Assembly (NCBI RefSeq): GCF_009914755.1
Contig: NC_060929.1
From: the human T2T-CHM13v2.0 reference genome, Homo sapiens
DNA length: 64,000 bases
Reading direction: 5' to 3' (one strand)
Shown: piece by piece, positions 12,552 to 27,973 of the stretch
How the letters are laid out: every line of letters starts with the position of its first letter
Numbering within the stretch: position 1 is the stretch's first letter
Made by a program: the position numbers and the translations under genes
Notes under the pieces: generated by a model
The model's input: the letters and a program-made list of their open reading frames with translations, nothing else
What the model was told of the DNA's origin: nothing
Databases searched by the model: none

Positions 12552-13045
12552 CAGTCATCCCTTGGTATCCATGGGGAATTGGTTCCAGAACCACCCCCAA
12601 CCCCTAAAGATACCAAAATCCAAGGATGCTCAAGTGTCATATAAAATGGCATAGGCTGAGTGCAGTGACTCACACCTGTAATCCCAGCACTTTGGGAAGC
12701 CGAGGTGGGAGGATCACTTGAGCTCAGGAGTATGAGACCATGAGCAAACATGGCAAAACCCCATCTCTACAAACAACACAAAAATCAGCCAGGCATGGTG
12801 GTGTATGTCTGTGGTCCCAGCTACTCAGGAGGCTGAGGTGGGAAGATAGCTTGAGCCCAGAGGCGGATGTTGCAGTGAGCCAAGATCATACCATTGCACT
12901 CCAGCCTAGGTGACAGAGCAAGACGCTGACTCAAAAATAAAATGGCATAGTATTTGATATAACCTATGCACATCCTCCCTCATGTTTTAAATCATCTCTA
13001 GATTATTTATAATATCTAATACAATGAAAATAGCTGTATTGGGTA
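12552..13045 (+). mobile_element. MER2 DNA transposon, interrupted by AluJ, 3' part missing
   Basis: cagtcatcccttggtatccatgggg...gataccaaaatcc...ggatgctcaag and tttaaatcatctctagatta. Confidence 0.85.
12654..12936 (+). mobile_element. AluJ inserted in MER2
   Basis: ggatcacttgag...cagg J-type sequence; TSD ataaaatggcata. Confidence 0.9.
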
Positions 13046-13783
13046 TTTTTTCTTTTTTTCCTTTTTTTCCTTACATTAAATACATCAGTAAATCAGCAGT
13101 CACATTCTGTTACCACGATTGTTATGTTAGGAGAGGAAGAAATGTAAATGCTTTCTTAGAAACAAAACAAAAAGAAAAAAACCAGAACACTGTGCCCCTG
13201 CCTCCACTGCCTTAAAAAAACTGGCCAGAAGAGAAAAATGAGCTGGGAAATTTAAAAAAACTAACATCCCCAAGCCCAGCAGAGCTCAAAGGAAGGCAGA
13301 AGATCTGGTAGGAAGTAGAGGGAAGGTAGCCGATTGCCCAGAAGCTAAGGCTAGATCCTGTTCCTATAGGGGTGGGAGGGGGGAGAAGCCTGGATAAGTG
13401 GTTTCTGAGCCCCAAGACAATGAAACACCTTCACTCCTGCTCCATGGGGCAAAGCTTGACAGAGAAAGAACTTCATTTCTAAGAGACTTTAGAAAGCCAT
13501 CCCAGTTCTTCCACTTGTAAAAAGGATGCACTAAGTGCTCTGGGGGGGCTAGAGGCTTCTCGGAAAGGCAGGGAGAAATGTGTGTGTTTCAGGGCCATGG
13601 GAACTAAGGCTGCCACTGGAAAAGGAAGGGAACTGAGGCCTAAGTGGAAGAACCTAAGCTGGGCCCTTCAGAATCTCAGCTTCATAGATTTCTCAGCTGT
13701 TATGGAATAGAAGGCAGTCTGCAAGCCAAAAGGGCAGAAAGGTTCTAATCCTAGGTCACCGTGACTCTCCTTCTCCTTGTCCT

Positions 13784-13851
13784 TCTCCTCCTTCTCCTCC
13801 TTGTCTTTCTCCTTCTCCTTCTCCTTCTCCTCCTCCTCCTTCCTTCCTTCC

Positions 13852-13898
<47 letters not shown>
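13784..13898. repeat. (CTCCTT)n/(CT)n pyrimidine microsatellite
   Basis: Directly visible. Confidence 0.95.
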
Positions 13899-15469
13899 CC
13901 CAAAACTCTGGGCTGGAACAAGGAACTTAAAGTTCTCTTTTGCCTTGATGGCCTCCCACAGACATCTTAAAACACGTGATAAGGGACATGAAGAAAGGCT
14001 AGAGATTTAGAAAGGACCAGTGTCCTCTGATAATGAGCCAGTTGTAAGGTACCTTCAGTGCCAGTCATTCCGTGTCCACAGAAACAGGTGGTGTGATATG
14101 AAGGTGCCCCAAGGAGGCCTCTGTGGTACTTGCCCCTGGTGGTACATGGATTAAACCGTTGGTTGCATGGTGGGGAGGGGTAGGGATTAAGGATGGAGGG
14201 ACTAAATTCAAGATATTAACAAAGGAGGAAAGAAGCAGGGCCTGATAGGAGAGAGAAGACAGAACAGACTATACAGTGGGAATAAACATCATACCTATTT
14301 ACAGGGAAGTAGAAAAGTCATGGTAATGGATATCAAATTGGATGTGAAACCCGGGACAGGATAGAAAACTCCTCCCTTTTGCCCGACCTCCTTTTTACTC
14401 CCCAGCTTGGCCTATGCTATCCTGAGACACTCCCCAGTTACCCAGTTAAATCTCCAGGAAAGGCAAACCTATACTCCATAGCTAGGTTGGCAAGAATATC
14501 AGTTAAGAATTGGAGTTGGAGGACGCTAACAGTGGAGATTGGACTTGAGTAGCTGCCACTGGTGTTTTTATCTATAACGTCTCCAAAAACCTTATATTAA
14601 CCTCAGATTCCACTGAATTAAAAAGAAGGTGGGAGGGCAGGTAAATCCATCAAAACTCCCGTAAAACAAGTACCCCAGCTGAACTACCATCAGTTAAAGT
14701 GCAAACTGCAGGGGCATATGGTAGCCGGGCCTGAGGCCATCTAAAGGCCAGAGGGGAAAAATGCATATGTATAAATCAGAGGATGAGTATCAGAAACTGG
14801 TCTCTCCCCCAGTTAGATCACAGCAGAGCCAACGATGCAGGCAACCAGTGAAGATTCTTTGGAGGACTCTGGGGTCCAATCCCCACAATAGGGGAAATGA
14901 TATTTAAGAGGCTGAGTGAGGGGAAACTGGGCCTTGGAAGAGTTCCAGAGATGCAGATGACACTGCACCTCCACATCTGCCCAGTTAGCTAACAAGACAC
15001 CTCCTGCCTGGTGCCTGGGAGCTTGCCTCCCCATTCTCACCTCTACCTAGGAACACCCTCCGCAAGGCCAACTCATGGATACTGCAGTGTTTTCAAACAT
15101 AAGAAACTCCAACCAAATACAAACAAAAAGGAAACGTTTCCTTACTCCCTCCTGCTCTGAGCTTTATTCTCCCCCAGGGCCCTTAATGTAAACGAACTGG
15201 AAACCTCCTTCCTCAGCTCCTGGGTTCACCACCTTCTGCATCCTGGGGACAGGAGAAAACAGGATCGAGAACAGGGGTCGACCAAAAACCGATTGACCAA
15301 GAAGGGACAGGAGGCAGAAGTGTTTTCTGAAAACATGGGGAGGAACAGTAGGGAGGAGGAGAAAAGAGAAGTAAATCACTGTCTCGTACCTAGAATACAA
15401 AATGAAGAAAGTTGGTTTTGGAAGGTAAGTCCTGGGGAAGTTGACCCCCAAGCCCCAGAGTAGGGGCTA

Positions 15470-15836
<367 letters not shown>

Positions 15837-15891
15837 TCATGACAGAGGCATCAGGAGGCAGCCCGTGGGAGCCAGGGCTCAGTGTGCTGTT

Positions 15892-16358
15892 AAAACAGGT
15901 TGCAGTAAAGAAGATAGCCAAAACCCACCAAAACCAAGATGGCAATAAAAGTGACCTCTGTTCATCCTCACTGCTCATTATACACTAGTTATCATACATT
16001 AGCATGTTAAGAGACACTCCCACCAGTACCATGACAGCTTACAAATACCATGGCAATGCCCGGAAGTTTCTCTATATGGTCTAAAAAGGAGAGAAACCCT
16101 CATTTCCAGGAATTGCCCACGCCTTCCCCAGGAAACTCTTGAATAATGCACCCCTTGTTTAGCATATAATCAAGAAGCAACTATAAGTATGATTAGTTGA
16201 GCAGCCTGCACCTCTGCTCTCCCTATGCAGTAGCCACTTTTATTCATTTACTTTCTTAATAAACTTCCTTTCACTTTACTCTTTACCCACCAAATTCTTT
16301 CTTGCAAGAGGTCCAAGAACCTTCTTGGGGTCTGGATTGGGAACCCTTTCCAGTAACA
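15892..16358 (+). mobile_element. MER41B-like ERV1 LTR, 5' truncated
   Basis: aaaacccaccaaaaccaagatggc...gacactcccaccag...ccttgtttagcatataatcaag...ggggtctggattggga...ccagtaaca. Confidence 0.85.
16104..16112. promoter_or_regulatory. GAS (STAT1) motif TTCCAGGAA within MER41B
   Basis: Matches TTCNNNGAA at the position of the MER41B tandem GAS pair; function untested. Confidence 0.45.
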
Positions 16359-16359
16359 A

Positions 16360-16473
16360 TTGTAGACCTTAATCACACCTACAGAATTCCTTTAGAGCAA
16401 CACCTACATGAGGCTTGACTGAATAACTGGGGATTGGAGCCTCCCAGGTTGACAGAGAAGACTGCACCATCAC
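16360..16473 (-). mobile_element. MLT2 LTR 5' fragment
   Basis: gcaacacct...ttgactgaataactgggg...gttgaca...ccatcaca. Confidence 0.6.
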
Positions 16474-16499
16474 AGGTGCCTACTCCATGTTCTACCCGT

Positions 16500-17790
16500 C
16501 TGCTTGGAGCCGACTCTCACCCGCGTAAAGAACGCTGCCATGAACACCTTCATGCAGGTCACCTTAAGAACGTCGGTGAGAGTCTCTTCAGGATTCATTT
16601 GTAGGAGCAGACCTGCTGTGGCATAGCTATGTGTATCCCTAATGTCACTAATTCTGACGGATTGCTCTAAAGAATGACTACACTAGTCTATACTTCCATT
16701 CCCCACCCTTCACTCCAACCCCCACCCCCACCCTGGAGAAAGTTCTATCCCTAGATACAAGTGACATTATCCAACTTGAAAACGTTTTCAAGCCTAATGG
16801 TATAAAGTGAGAGTTTTAATGGGTGTAAAGTGACAGTGTCTTTCAATGTGCAAATTCTTTAATTACTAGTGGATTTAAACAACTCTCTCTTTTTGCAAGT
16901 CTTTGATGTTTCTTCTGCTGTAAATTGCCTCTTTGCATACTTTGCTCATTTCTCTAGTGGAGTTTTTGCCCTTTCCTTGTTAATTTCAATGTTTCCTTTT
17001 ATGGTCTACTTATTTTTCACTCAATGGTTTTAGACATTACACATATCTTCTCCCAGGCAGCATTGAACAAAAATCTTTATCATGGTAATACTAAATTCAT
17101 CAATAGTTTTTTCAGTTATGGCATTTTGGGATTTACAGGTCTTTCTCCACCTCTGTATTACAAAGACATCACTTACATTATCTTCTATTACTTTAAGGAG
17201 GCACCACCTTTGTTGTATATTCTATTCCCGTGTGAGATTCTCAGGATCTCTCTCTCTGAGCTCTGTCCTATGTTACCTTGGCTGTTTTTTCTTTCAAAAA
17301 TACCATATTGTTTCTATTACTACATCTTTACAGGCTGTCCTTATACCTAATAAGACAAGTCCCCTTTCCCACTCCTTTCTTAGTTTTGTTAGATTCAGAC
17401 AAATTTTATAATAAGTTTATCAAGTTCCTCAAAAAAAATTCAATTATTGGATGTCTCACTTAATTTAAGAACTGTCTTCTTTAAAATATTGTCATCCCAG
17501 CTTGGAGAGGGATTATTTTCTATTTATTCATATCAACTTCTAGTATCTAACATATCTGTCACTAAAGTTTTAAATGTTCCCCATAGAAGTTTCATATACT
17601 CTTAAATGATTTCTAGATACTTTATATTTTGTTTTTCTAGCTGGTTATTTCTGTTGTACAAAAACACTGGATTCTTTTTAACTGATCAGGTATCCATCAG
17701 CATTGGTAAGTTTTCTCTTTACTGTAATCATTGGTTGATTCTATTGGTTTTTCTTGGAAGATGATTGAATAGCTTGCAAATATTGATCTT
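16500..17790 (-). mobile_element. Degraded L1ME fragments
   Basis: T-rich antisense L1M-like tract (gctgccatgaacacc..., tctgctgtaaattgcct...). Confidence 0.6.
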
Positions 17791-19559
17791 GTATTAAAAT
17801 TATTCATGTATCTAACTCCTTGGAAAGACAGAATCCATGCTTGACCCATCTTTTAACACCATAGTAGCAAGCAAAGTGCAAAGAAGTTCAATCAATATTT
17901 ATCGAATGCATAAGTGAATGATGGGCCATCAGAAGAATGTGTTCAACCTATCTGAGGTCACTAAGGAAGTGAAAAATTCTATCACATTGATTTTTGAAGT
18001 TAGGTTGAGCAAAAAACAAACACGGCTGTTGACTCTCTCATGAGTGGTTGGATCTGATACAGGGCCCCTTCCCTTGGGTACTTATTATCAAAGAGAAACC
18101 ACAGTTGTATCAACAGACTTAAAGACAATATGGACAAGGGATAAAGGACAAATGATAAAACACAAGAAATTCAATAGTGCAAGGTAGCTCAGCACTGAGC
18201 TGTCCAGTCCTCACCAGCCACGGCCAAGAGCCCTGTAAACAGTGCCTCAGCCCTCCACCTCCACATCCTGCCTCCATCCAAGGCCCCTGTCCTGGCTGTG
18301 GTTGAGGTTTTTGATGCCATCATTCCCCATTCCACAGCCCTGACCAGGGACTTTCTATTGGATATGCTTCTACTCAACAATCTGCCTGGTATTCTTATCT
18401 GTCCCTTCTACCCACAAACACCACCTTGCTAAATGCCTTTAGATCTCACGAGGTTCAGGTTCAGCCCTGCCTCTGGTTGTGGGTGACCCTAAGAGCCCCT
18501 TGGTCCTTTGAGGATCCTGTCAATAAGTCTTTGCCACGTAGGACCCATAGAGCTAAGAAGGCAACCAAGATGGTACTGGTTCAGGCCAATCCAAGGCAGG
18601 GCTAGGACCCTTGTCTTCTTTCGAGTCCACAGGCTGGGAGCAGAAATTTGTTCCATTCCTCCCTGGACCTGCTGTTTTCCCTGGTAATCAGAAGAAATTA
18701 TTTCTCCTCCAAAGAATCTAGAGAGGGCTGGTCTGTGGGCTCCCTACAAATGCAGGCCTCAACAACCTCAGAAGCTGGCATGCCCTTGTGCCTTACTCCC
18801 CAAGAAGTCTCCTAATCCAGGCTGTGACCTAGCCTGTTGGCCTGCCACAGAGACCTCCAATGCAGCTGCTAATAGCTCAGATTGTCACTTGTTGCCCAGA
18901 GTCATCAACCCAGGGCCACAGAAGGGGCCCCTGCAGGGACCTCAGGACCCAGATTTCTTGTCTCCCATCTCCAATACCCCATACCTCTGTGTCAACATCA
19001 CTCATGTTGAGGCTCAAGGATCCACTAAAGGTGGGATTCTCCTTTCTCTGGGCTATTCCAAACTTGGACTTTCACCACAAGCAGACATTTTACCAAGAGG
19101 CAAAAACCAGCTAAATGGTCTTCACTGGACCTTGTTCCTACAGAATACCATGTCTAGCAACACCTGATTATGACCTGCTCCACTCCTGCCCTTTGTGCAA
19201 GGGTGCAGACCCTCAGTCTTTAAATAGTCCAGGGCCTCTAAGTGTGGTCACTCAGTCTCTGGGGCAAAGAACTGTTCTCTTCCCTGTACAGGTTCCATGA
19301 CCTGATCACCAGGTGACCATTCTGAAGCATTCTGCTGTATTTTACTGCTCTCCTCAGGAAAAAGATATAGGCCAGAGCTGACAGCCACTCTCAGCTCTCT
19401 AACCCCCCAATTTCGGCTTACTGAGGATGTACAGTCACCACCAGAGTCACCAAAGAACAATTTTTTCTGCTGTCCTTTCATAGAAAAAATAAAAAATTAG
19501 CAGACCTAATTTCAAGGCAGAGCAGATTCTCATTAGAAGTGTGCAGATATGAGATGTGA

Positions 19560-19903
<344 letters not shown>

Positions 19904-20225
19904 TCATTTATCATCTTCTAGTGATGGATTCGCAGGTTCTCAAAGAACTCTGCTCGGGAACAATAGAAAATAGCAATAACCTATACACACAAGATAAAAG
20001 TCACCAAAAGCTCTCCCTTCAACAACAAAAAAAGAAAATTGATTCCTCCCTCATCCCAGACACTCACAGCGTTACCCACCAGGAAGGGAAGGATGCTGTG
20101 TTTGGCTTTCAGGGTGACCATTTAGCTTTTCTACAGCACAGCTCCCAAACCGCCCCCATCATACACAATGCCTCTCATATCCTATGACCTCTTCCTGCTG
20201 GACAGGTCTGCAGCTCCTTGTAGTG

Positions 20226-21088
20226 TGTGAGGGTTAATTTTATGTGTCAACTTTACTGGGCCACACGGTGCCCAGATATTTGGTCAAATTTTATTCTGGG
20301 TGTGCCTATGAGGGTGCTTTGGAATGAGATTGATATTTAAATCAATAAACTGAGTAAAGTGGATTGCCCTCCCTAATGTGGTGAGCTTCATCCAATCCAC
20401 TGAAGGCCAGAATAGAATATAAGGGCTGATTCTTCCTCGAGTAGGAGAGAATTTTTCCTGCCTGATGATCTTCAAACTGGGGTGACAGTTTTTTCTTGCT
20501 TTTGGACTCTGAGCCCAGCTTGCTAACGGCAGATCATTACATATATATAAGCTCTATGTGTATACACACACATATGCCCCTACATTTGACCCTTGAAAAA
20601 CATGGGTTTGAACTGCATGGGTTCACTTATACTCAGATTTTCTTCTACTTCTGCCACCCCTGAGACAGTAAGACTAATCGTTCTCTTTCTCCTTCTTAGC
20701 CTACTCAATGTGAAGACAATGAGGATGAAGACCTTTATAATGATCCACTTCCACTTAATGAGTAGTAAATGTATCTTGTGTTCCTTATGATTTTCTTAGT
20801 AAAATTTTCTCTAGCTTACTTTATTGTAAGAATACAATATATAACACATATATCATACAAAATATGTGTTAACTATGTTATCAGTAAGGCTTCAGGTCAA
20901 AAATATGTTACTAGTAGTTAAGTTTTTTGGGAGTCAAAAGTTTTGGAAGGTCAACAGTTATAAACAGATCTTCAACTTCTCAGAGTTTGACTCCCCTAAC
21001 CCCTACATTGTACACACACACAGACATATACACATATGTATATATTTTTCATTGGTTCTGATTCTGTTTCTCTGGAGAACCCTAATAA
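20226..21088 (+). mobile_element. MLT2 LTR interrupted by Tigger2a
   Basis: tgtgagggttaattttatgtgtcaac...attggttctg...ttctgtttctctggagaaccctaata. Confidence 0.8.
20583..21010 (+). mobile_element. Tigger2a DNA transposon
   Basis: ttgacccttgaaaaacatgggtttgaactgc...gcctactcaatgtgaagac...gatccacttccacttaatg; inserted in a TA-rich tract. Confidence 0.85.
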
Positions 21089-21443
21089 AGAGCATTGGGA
21101 ATCTCTTCATTACATGGCTTCAGAAAAGCTCAGTCTGGGTCATGGCCTGCAGAGTGCCAGTGAGCTCACAGCAGCCTCTGAGAATGCCAGGTGGGAAGCC
21201 AAAACATGTGTATTCTCATCCAGCTCTACCACCTACTCCCTCTTAATGGGTGATCACCTTTCTGGGCCTCACTGTGCCATCACTAATAGGAAAGAGTGAG
21301 AGAAATAATCCCTCATGTCCTTTCATTTCTAGCATTTTATCTAAGTGTCATGAAGGCTGAACCCTGATCTGTCATGTCCACTGCCTATTGTCTGGCTGGC
21401 ACAATGTCTGGACACAGTAGGTGCCCAGCGAGAAGTTGTTAAA

Positions 21444-21808
21444 TGAATGGAGGGAGGAATATTTGGATGGATGATTGGATAAAGAGATGGATTGATGGAT
21501 AGATGGATGAAGGGATGGATGGTTGGATGGTTAGATAAAGGGATGGATGGATGGATGGATGGATGGATGGATGGATGGATGAATGGATGGATGGATAGAT
21601 GCTTGGTTGGATGGATGATGGATAGATGAATGGTTGGATGGATGTTTGGGTGGATGGATGATGCATGGATGGATGGATGGATGGATGGATGGATGGATGG
21701 ATAGATGGATGGATGGTTGGATGGATGATGGATGGATAGATGGATGGATGCTTGGGTGGGTGGGTGGATGAATGGATGGATTGATGGGTGGGTGGATGGA
21801 TGGATGAG
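21444..21808. repeat. (GGAT)n microsatellite following an L2 3' end
   Basis: Directly visible; preceded by tgtctggacacagtaggtgccc L2-tail-like sequence. Confidence 0.9.
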
Positions 21809-22966
21809 TGGCTCAGTGAAGCTGATTACTCTGTACCCTTGTTCTTTTATTTGTTCTCATTATACTCTAGTGTTTCAAATCAATGCACTGTGATCCCCAG
21901 TAGATCTAGTTGGTACCTGTCAATAAGAGTAGAGATTGTCAGGCACATGTGCTGCTATATACTTGTACAAGTGCCTGAGTTTATAGTATAGAGTGAGGAT
22001 GGGGAAGTGGTGAACAGAGACTGGACATGGGCCATGTTCCATTCACAGTTCTAAGCAAGTGAGCACAGAATTTGAAACTTTTTGGTGTAGACCTTCTTCT
22101 GAGCCAGTCTAGCTAGGAACAGACTTCTCAGCAGCTGAGTTTTCCTAGGACTTCCCTGGTTCTCCTGCCTATCAGAAGTTAGTCCTGAGGGATCCCAGTC
22201 TTGGACTTCACCAGTAGCAGAAATACTGGGCAGGGCCAGCCTTAGATTTATCCTGGTCTACGAGCACATGAGCTCACTTATGGCAACCCTTTGTTCTCCA
22301 GCATTATTATAGGATGTGTTGATCCACAAAGGTGGTTTTCCAGTCCACAAAAATCTTATAAAGTTTGAACAAAACTTTAAGCGTTTTAGCCATTTTTGAT
22401 AAAAGCACTGAAATATGGGTGCACATTACCATACTTCTGAGTAAAGAATTCTGCCTTAGTTATAAACACGATAGTAACTCAGTGTGAGCTTCGGGAGTGG
22501 GAGTTGTCCTAGCACTGCCCAGACCCCTCTCAGGTGATGTGCTGGTGCGCAGAGCAATTTCCTCAACATGCAGATGGCTATGAGCTTTTGAGTTCTTGGC
22601 CTACGTTAGATAATTCCAAGCTGCTGTCATCTCTTGTTGCAGCCCTAGGTCTTAAGCTACCAAGTCTGATCCATTCTGATTTTCTGCATCCAGCCTGTGG
22701 CAGCCTGGAAAAGCAGTTTGCAACATTTGTTGGAAATTTATCGAAAGTCACAGTCTTCAACAGGCTCTGAGTAAGAGTTGGAGAGACTCTTCTACATTAA
22801 AAATACCCACACAAAAAGGCATTAGCAGGTGGACACTGTGACCTCTAGTTTACTTGCTTGAGAATTTTTTTTGCACACAGCTTTGAGTTCAACACTATAT
22901 TCCACAGGATCATAATCCCTGAGAGTTTAATGTTTCAGGGAGCCTGAGCTCATTCACAATATATAA

Positions 22967-23680
22967 TCATTCGCTCATCCTACAAGTATGCACTGAGTGT
23001 TTATGTGGCAGACGCTATTCTAGGAGCTGAGAGCCCTGCAAAGACAAAGTTCCTGCATGATGGAACTTACATTTTAGCAGGAAGGACAAAAAAAAGAGTG
23101 AAACATACACAAATAAATATAACAAACAGTTTATATGACTAGGTAACAATAAGTGCTCTGAAAAACAAAACAGAGCAAGGGGGAAAAGAGAGAGGCTTGG
23201 ACAGGGAAGACCTCTCTGAGAAGGCAGCATGTCAGCAGAGACTACACTAACCAAACTGATGGCAGCTCGTGCGAATGTTTGAAGGAACAGCTTTCAAGGC
23301 CAAGGGAAGAGCAAGAGCAAAGAATCCACCTTGGAAAACCCAGAGCGTGTTCTGGGACCATGAAGAAGGCCAGTGTGCTACAGCAGGATAAGTGAGGAGG
23401 ACAGGGGAAGAGCATGCAGAAGGAAGGATAGCCTGGCCACGTAGGGTTTTTGGGGGTCACCTAGGGACTTGGGTCACCATTGTACAGCCACATGCAAACT
23501 GAAGGCATCAGTGTGGGTGGCTCAAGTATAAGGCCCTTGCTGGATCCAGACAAAAGATGATCGGAGCTTGGATACTGCAGCAAATGGAAGTGGAGGGAAA
23601 GTGGGATTGTGGACATACCTTGAAGAGAAAGTCAACAGGATTTGCCAGTGGAGACAAAGAAGATTCAAGGATATGAATTT
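22967..23680 (-). mobile_element. L2 3' fragment
   Basis: tcattcgctcat...agacaaagttcctgc...ggaacttacatt...gaaggccagtgtg...caacaggatttgc. Confidence 0.75.
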
Positions 23681-23919
23681 CTACAAAAGTAACTTTCCTG
23701 ACAAAGCAGTTTTGGGGTCCAATAAGTTAGAATCTTTACGTGGAAATGCCAGGACTGGTTTCTCAACCCTGGCCCTGCCACCATTTTGCACTGGGTAGTT
23801 CTTTGTTGTGTGAGACTCTCCTGTGCACAGGATGTTTAGCAGCTTCCCTGGCCTCTACCCATTTGCTGCTAGTAGCACATCTCCCCTCCAATTATGACAA
23901 CCAAAAATGTCTCCAGACA

Positions 23920-24735
<816 letters not shown>

Positions 24736-26099
24736 AATATCTACAAAGATTGCCAAATGTTCCTGGGGAAGAAAAATTGCCCTTGGTTGGGAACCAATGG
24801 TTTAGACTCAACTATGTCCAGACAGATCCTAAACCAGAACCGTGGCCTGGAGGCCTCGGGGGGAGTCCCCTTGGGGCTGTGAGCCTCTGCGCCCCCCTTC
24901 AGAGAGAAGGGTGTGGGTCAGCTCACCCAGCCAGCTGCCCCTGTCAGGCCAGGTGATGGCGAAGCAGGGGTGATCCCAGTGGAAATGCAGGTGGCTAAAG
25001 GGGATGATGTCTTCCTGCTGAGACTCAGCAATGGTTGTTGTTCACCAAGGTAAGAAAAGATGGCCTTGGGGTTGTTAGTTTGTCTCAGCAGTCCTGACCT
25101 CACCCCTTCTCCAGCTGCATGGGGCCCCACCCCACAGAGCTCCTTCAGCCACACCTGCTCAGCACAGCAAGCTGCTCTCAGACACTCTGGGTTCCAACTG
25201 GCTCCTCTTCTGGAGGAGACACGAAGCCATTCAGAGCATTCTGGTGGTACCATCTGGCAGGCTCAGTTAAGGAAATAGGGAAGAAAAGTTTTTCCAGTTA
25301 GGGCCAAAAGAAAATGCGGCGTATGTCTTACAATTGCCCACTTTGGAAATTCCCCAGCCAGACTTGAGGGCCAGGTGCCCTGTGCAGCGGGTAAAGCAGG
25401 AATGTCCTTACCAAGAAATGCACCGTGCCCCCCAGACAGGACTACTGAAGACCCGAGATGCTGGCTGTGCCAAAGTCCTCCCTTGGTCCTTGGGCTGCTC
25501 CATGGTCCCCTCAGAGTGCATGGAGCACAGCATAGGGAGCCCCGGTTCCACAGAGGTCACAGTGGGAGGGTGTCACTGTATGCCCGGTGGCACAGGTGGG
25601 CACCCTGAGGTGGGAAGTGGGCAACCACTGAGCACCTCAGTAGGCCTGCTGATGGAGGAAGATGAGTTTGATGTAAGGAACTCGGCCGACACAACTCTGC
25701 CAAAAGGAGGATGTCATGAAGCGTGGCTCTGCCCCCACAGTCCTGGTGGGGCTCAGCAGGGAGGGTCTCCCAAGCTGAAGGTCACAAACCCAGCGCCAGC
25801 CCCCACACCATCTCACCTACTCACCCTTATTGGGGGTGATGTCAAAAGTGGCCTCTGGAAGGGCAGTCCCTCCTCACCAGCTCCCTGCACAGAGCCCCCC
25901 TCCTAGGGAGTAGGACCCTGAAATGGAAACACATCCCCAACGGCATCCTGGCTCAGGGACCTGCCCTCTGCCGTGGTTGGAAGTTGGATGCTTTCTGCTT
26001 ATTCTACTTAGATCTTGTCAAAGTCACTGTGACATCTTCAAAAAGGGACAGAAGAGGGTTGGGATGAATGGGACTAAGTGTTTCCTTCAGTTTGGGCCC

Positions 26100-26418
26100 T
26101 GTGATGGATGGAATGTTTGTGTCTCTCCAAAGTTCACATGTGGAAGCCCTAAACACCAGCGTGATGGTACGTGGAGGTGGGCTCTTTGGGAGGTAATTAG
26201 GTTTAGATGAGGTCGTGAAGGTGGGGTCCTGATGGGGAGACCAGTGTCCTTATAAGAAAAAGCAAGAGAGCTCTTTTATCCCTCCTCTGTCTCTCTCTCT
26301 CTCCCCCACTCCATGTTTACACACACACACACACACACACACACAGAGAGCAAGGTCACATGAGGACACAGGCCATCTACGAGCCAGGAAGAGGGCCCTC
26401 ACCAGAACTCGGCCATGC
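26100..26418 (+). mobile_element. MLT1A0-type LTR with internal (CA)n
   Basis: gaatgtttgtgtctctccaaagttcac...tttgggaggtaattagg...gaagagggccctcaccagaac. Confidence 0.8.
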
Positions 26419-26817
26419 AAAAAAGTATTTTATCCACTCTGTAATGTATCCACTCCCTGCTCCTCAGAATGTAAAACGGTCATGGGCTCCTGGCATCCCT
26501 GGGGGTCTTGCATCCCAGAAACACCGAAAGAGCAAACGGTCCACCAGGATGGAGTTCACAGGCATCTTTAGCACCTGTTCATCCCCTTCCTGGGCCATGA
26601 AACTTCCCTCTGGTCTGGTCCCTGACCCCAACCCCAGCCCCAGCCCCGTTCCCTCCAGCGCCTTCCTGGCCTCCATTCCTGGCCCTGGTTGCCTTCATCT
26701 CATAGCCCTTCCAAATGGGCCCTCTGCCTGGGCTCTAAGTAACCAGTGGGAAATCTAAAGGGGGATGCGTTGAATTCAGGGGTGAATGACTCGTGGTTAC
26801 TTCACATAACTCCCCTC

Positions 26818-27261
26818 TGTAGTGGGCAAATTGTGCCCCCGATAGATTTGCTGAAGCCCCAGCCCCTTTTACCAGTGGATGTGACCTATTTTAGGAAATA
26901 GGGTCTTTGTGGATGTCATCAAATTAAGGTGTCATACTGGACACGTAATCCAATGACTGGTGTCCTAGGAGGAGAGAGAGGTCTGCAGGCAGAGACAGGA
27001 TGGGCAGTCACATGAAGATGGAGGTGGAGACCGGAGCCCTGCGGCCACAGCCAAGGAACACCATGGGCAGCCAGCACCCTCAGAAGCCAGAGGAAGAGGA
27101 AGGAACCCCCCCACCGTCCCCACCCTCAGAGGGAGTGCTGGCCTGCCAACACTGCCATCCCAGTTTTCTGGTGTCCAGAAATGTGAGAGAACAAATTTCT
27201 GTGGCTTCAAGTCACCCAATTTGTGGTAATTGGTTACAGCTGCCCCAGGAAACAAATCCAC
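26818..27261 (+). mobile_element. MLT1B/C LTR
   Basis: gtgacctattttaggaaatagggtctttg...aatccaatgactggtgtcc...gagaacaaatttctg...ggttacagctgcc. Confidence 0.8.
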
Positions 27262-27973
27262 ACTCTGTGACATCATTGGTGCGTTCATTAGAATTGTCAG
27301 TAACCGTCACCAAAGAACAAGTAACATGGGAATGGGGAAACGTTTTGGGGATGTAGAGCCTCTGGTGCCCCTGAGACCACAACCCTCATGCCACCCACAC
27401 CACACCTGCACTGGCTATGTGCCCGCGTCTGGGGTCCTTTCACCCAGCCATCACCATCCCCACAGGGTCCCCTGCACAGGACTCCGTGATCCCATGAGGC
27501 CTGGTTCCTTCTCCACGAGATCAGTGCCAGCACCTTCCAGACACAACTCATCCAACTCCCTGACCTGGACTGCCTCCCTTAACTTGTCTCTACCCCTGCC
27601 CACCCCTGTCGCCAAAGGAGCTGGAATGGGTGTCCCAGCACCAGCATTGGTGCATCCTGCAGACAAGCTGGCTGGGGAGTCTACGGAGGCCAGTGTCGTG
27701 CCCCTACCCTGCTCCTGTGACCTCGGCAGCCTGCACTCTCCTGGTCCTCCTGTGGGCTCTTCAGTGCCCCTTCCCCTGAGCCTAGGACCTCCCAGGCCTC
27801 CAGCAGGACCTTTCGTCACCTCACCCTCTGCTCTGAAGCGTCATTCCCTCCTTTCTCCCATGAAAAGTTGACCATTCCCAGAAGGCATCACATTGCCCGG
27901 AGTCCTCCGTTCTCTCACACCCAGTTCCACCAGTGCTGAGTGGAGTGGGCCGACTCCCCTGTACTCCTCACGG

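Noticed and set aside
27230-27871. 213-aa ORF (similarly 25334-25906, 10515-11069, 56731-57300)
   Set aside because: Non-ATG starts, P/S/G-rich composition expected by chance in GC-rich DNA, no recognisable domain
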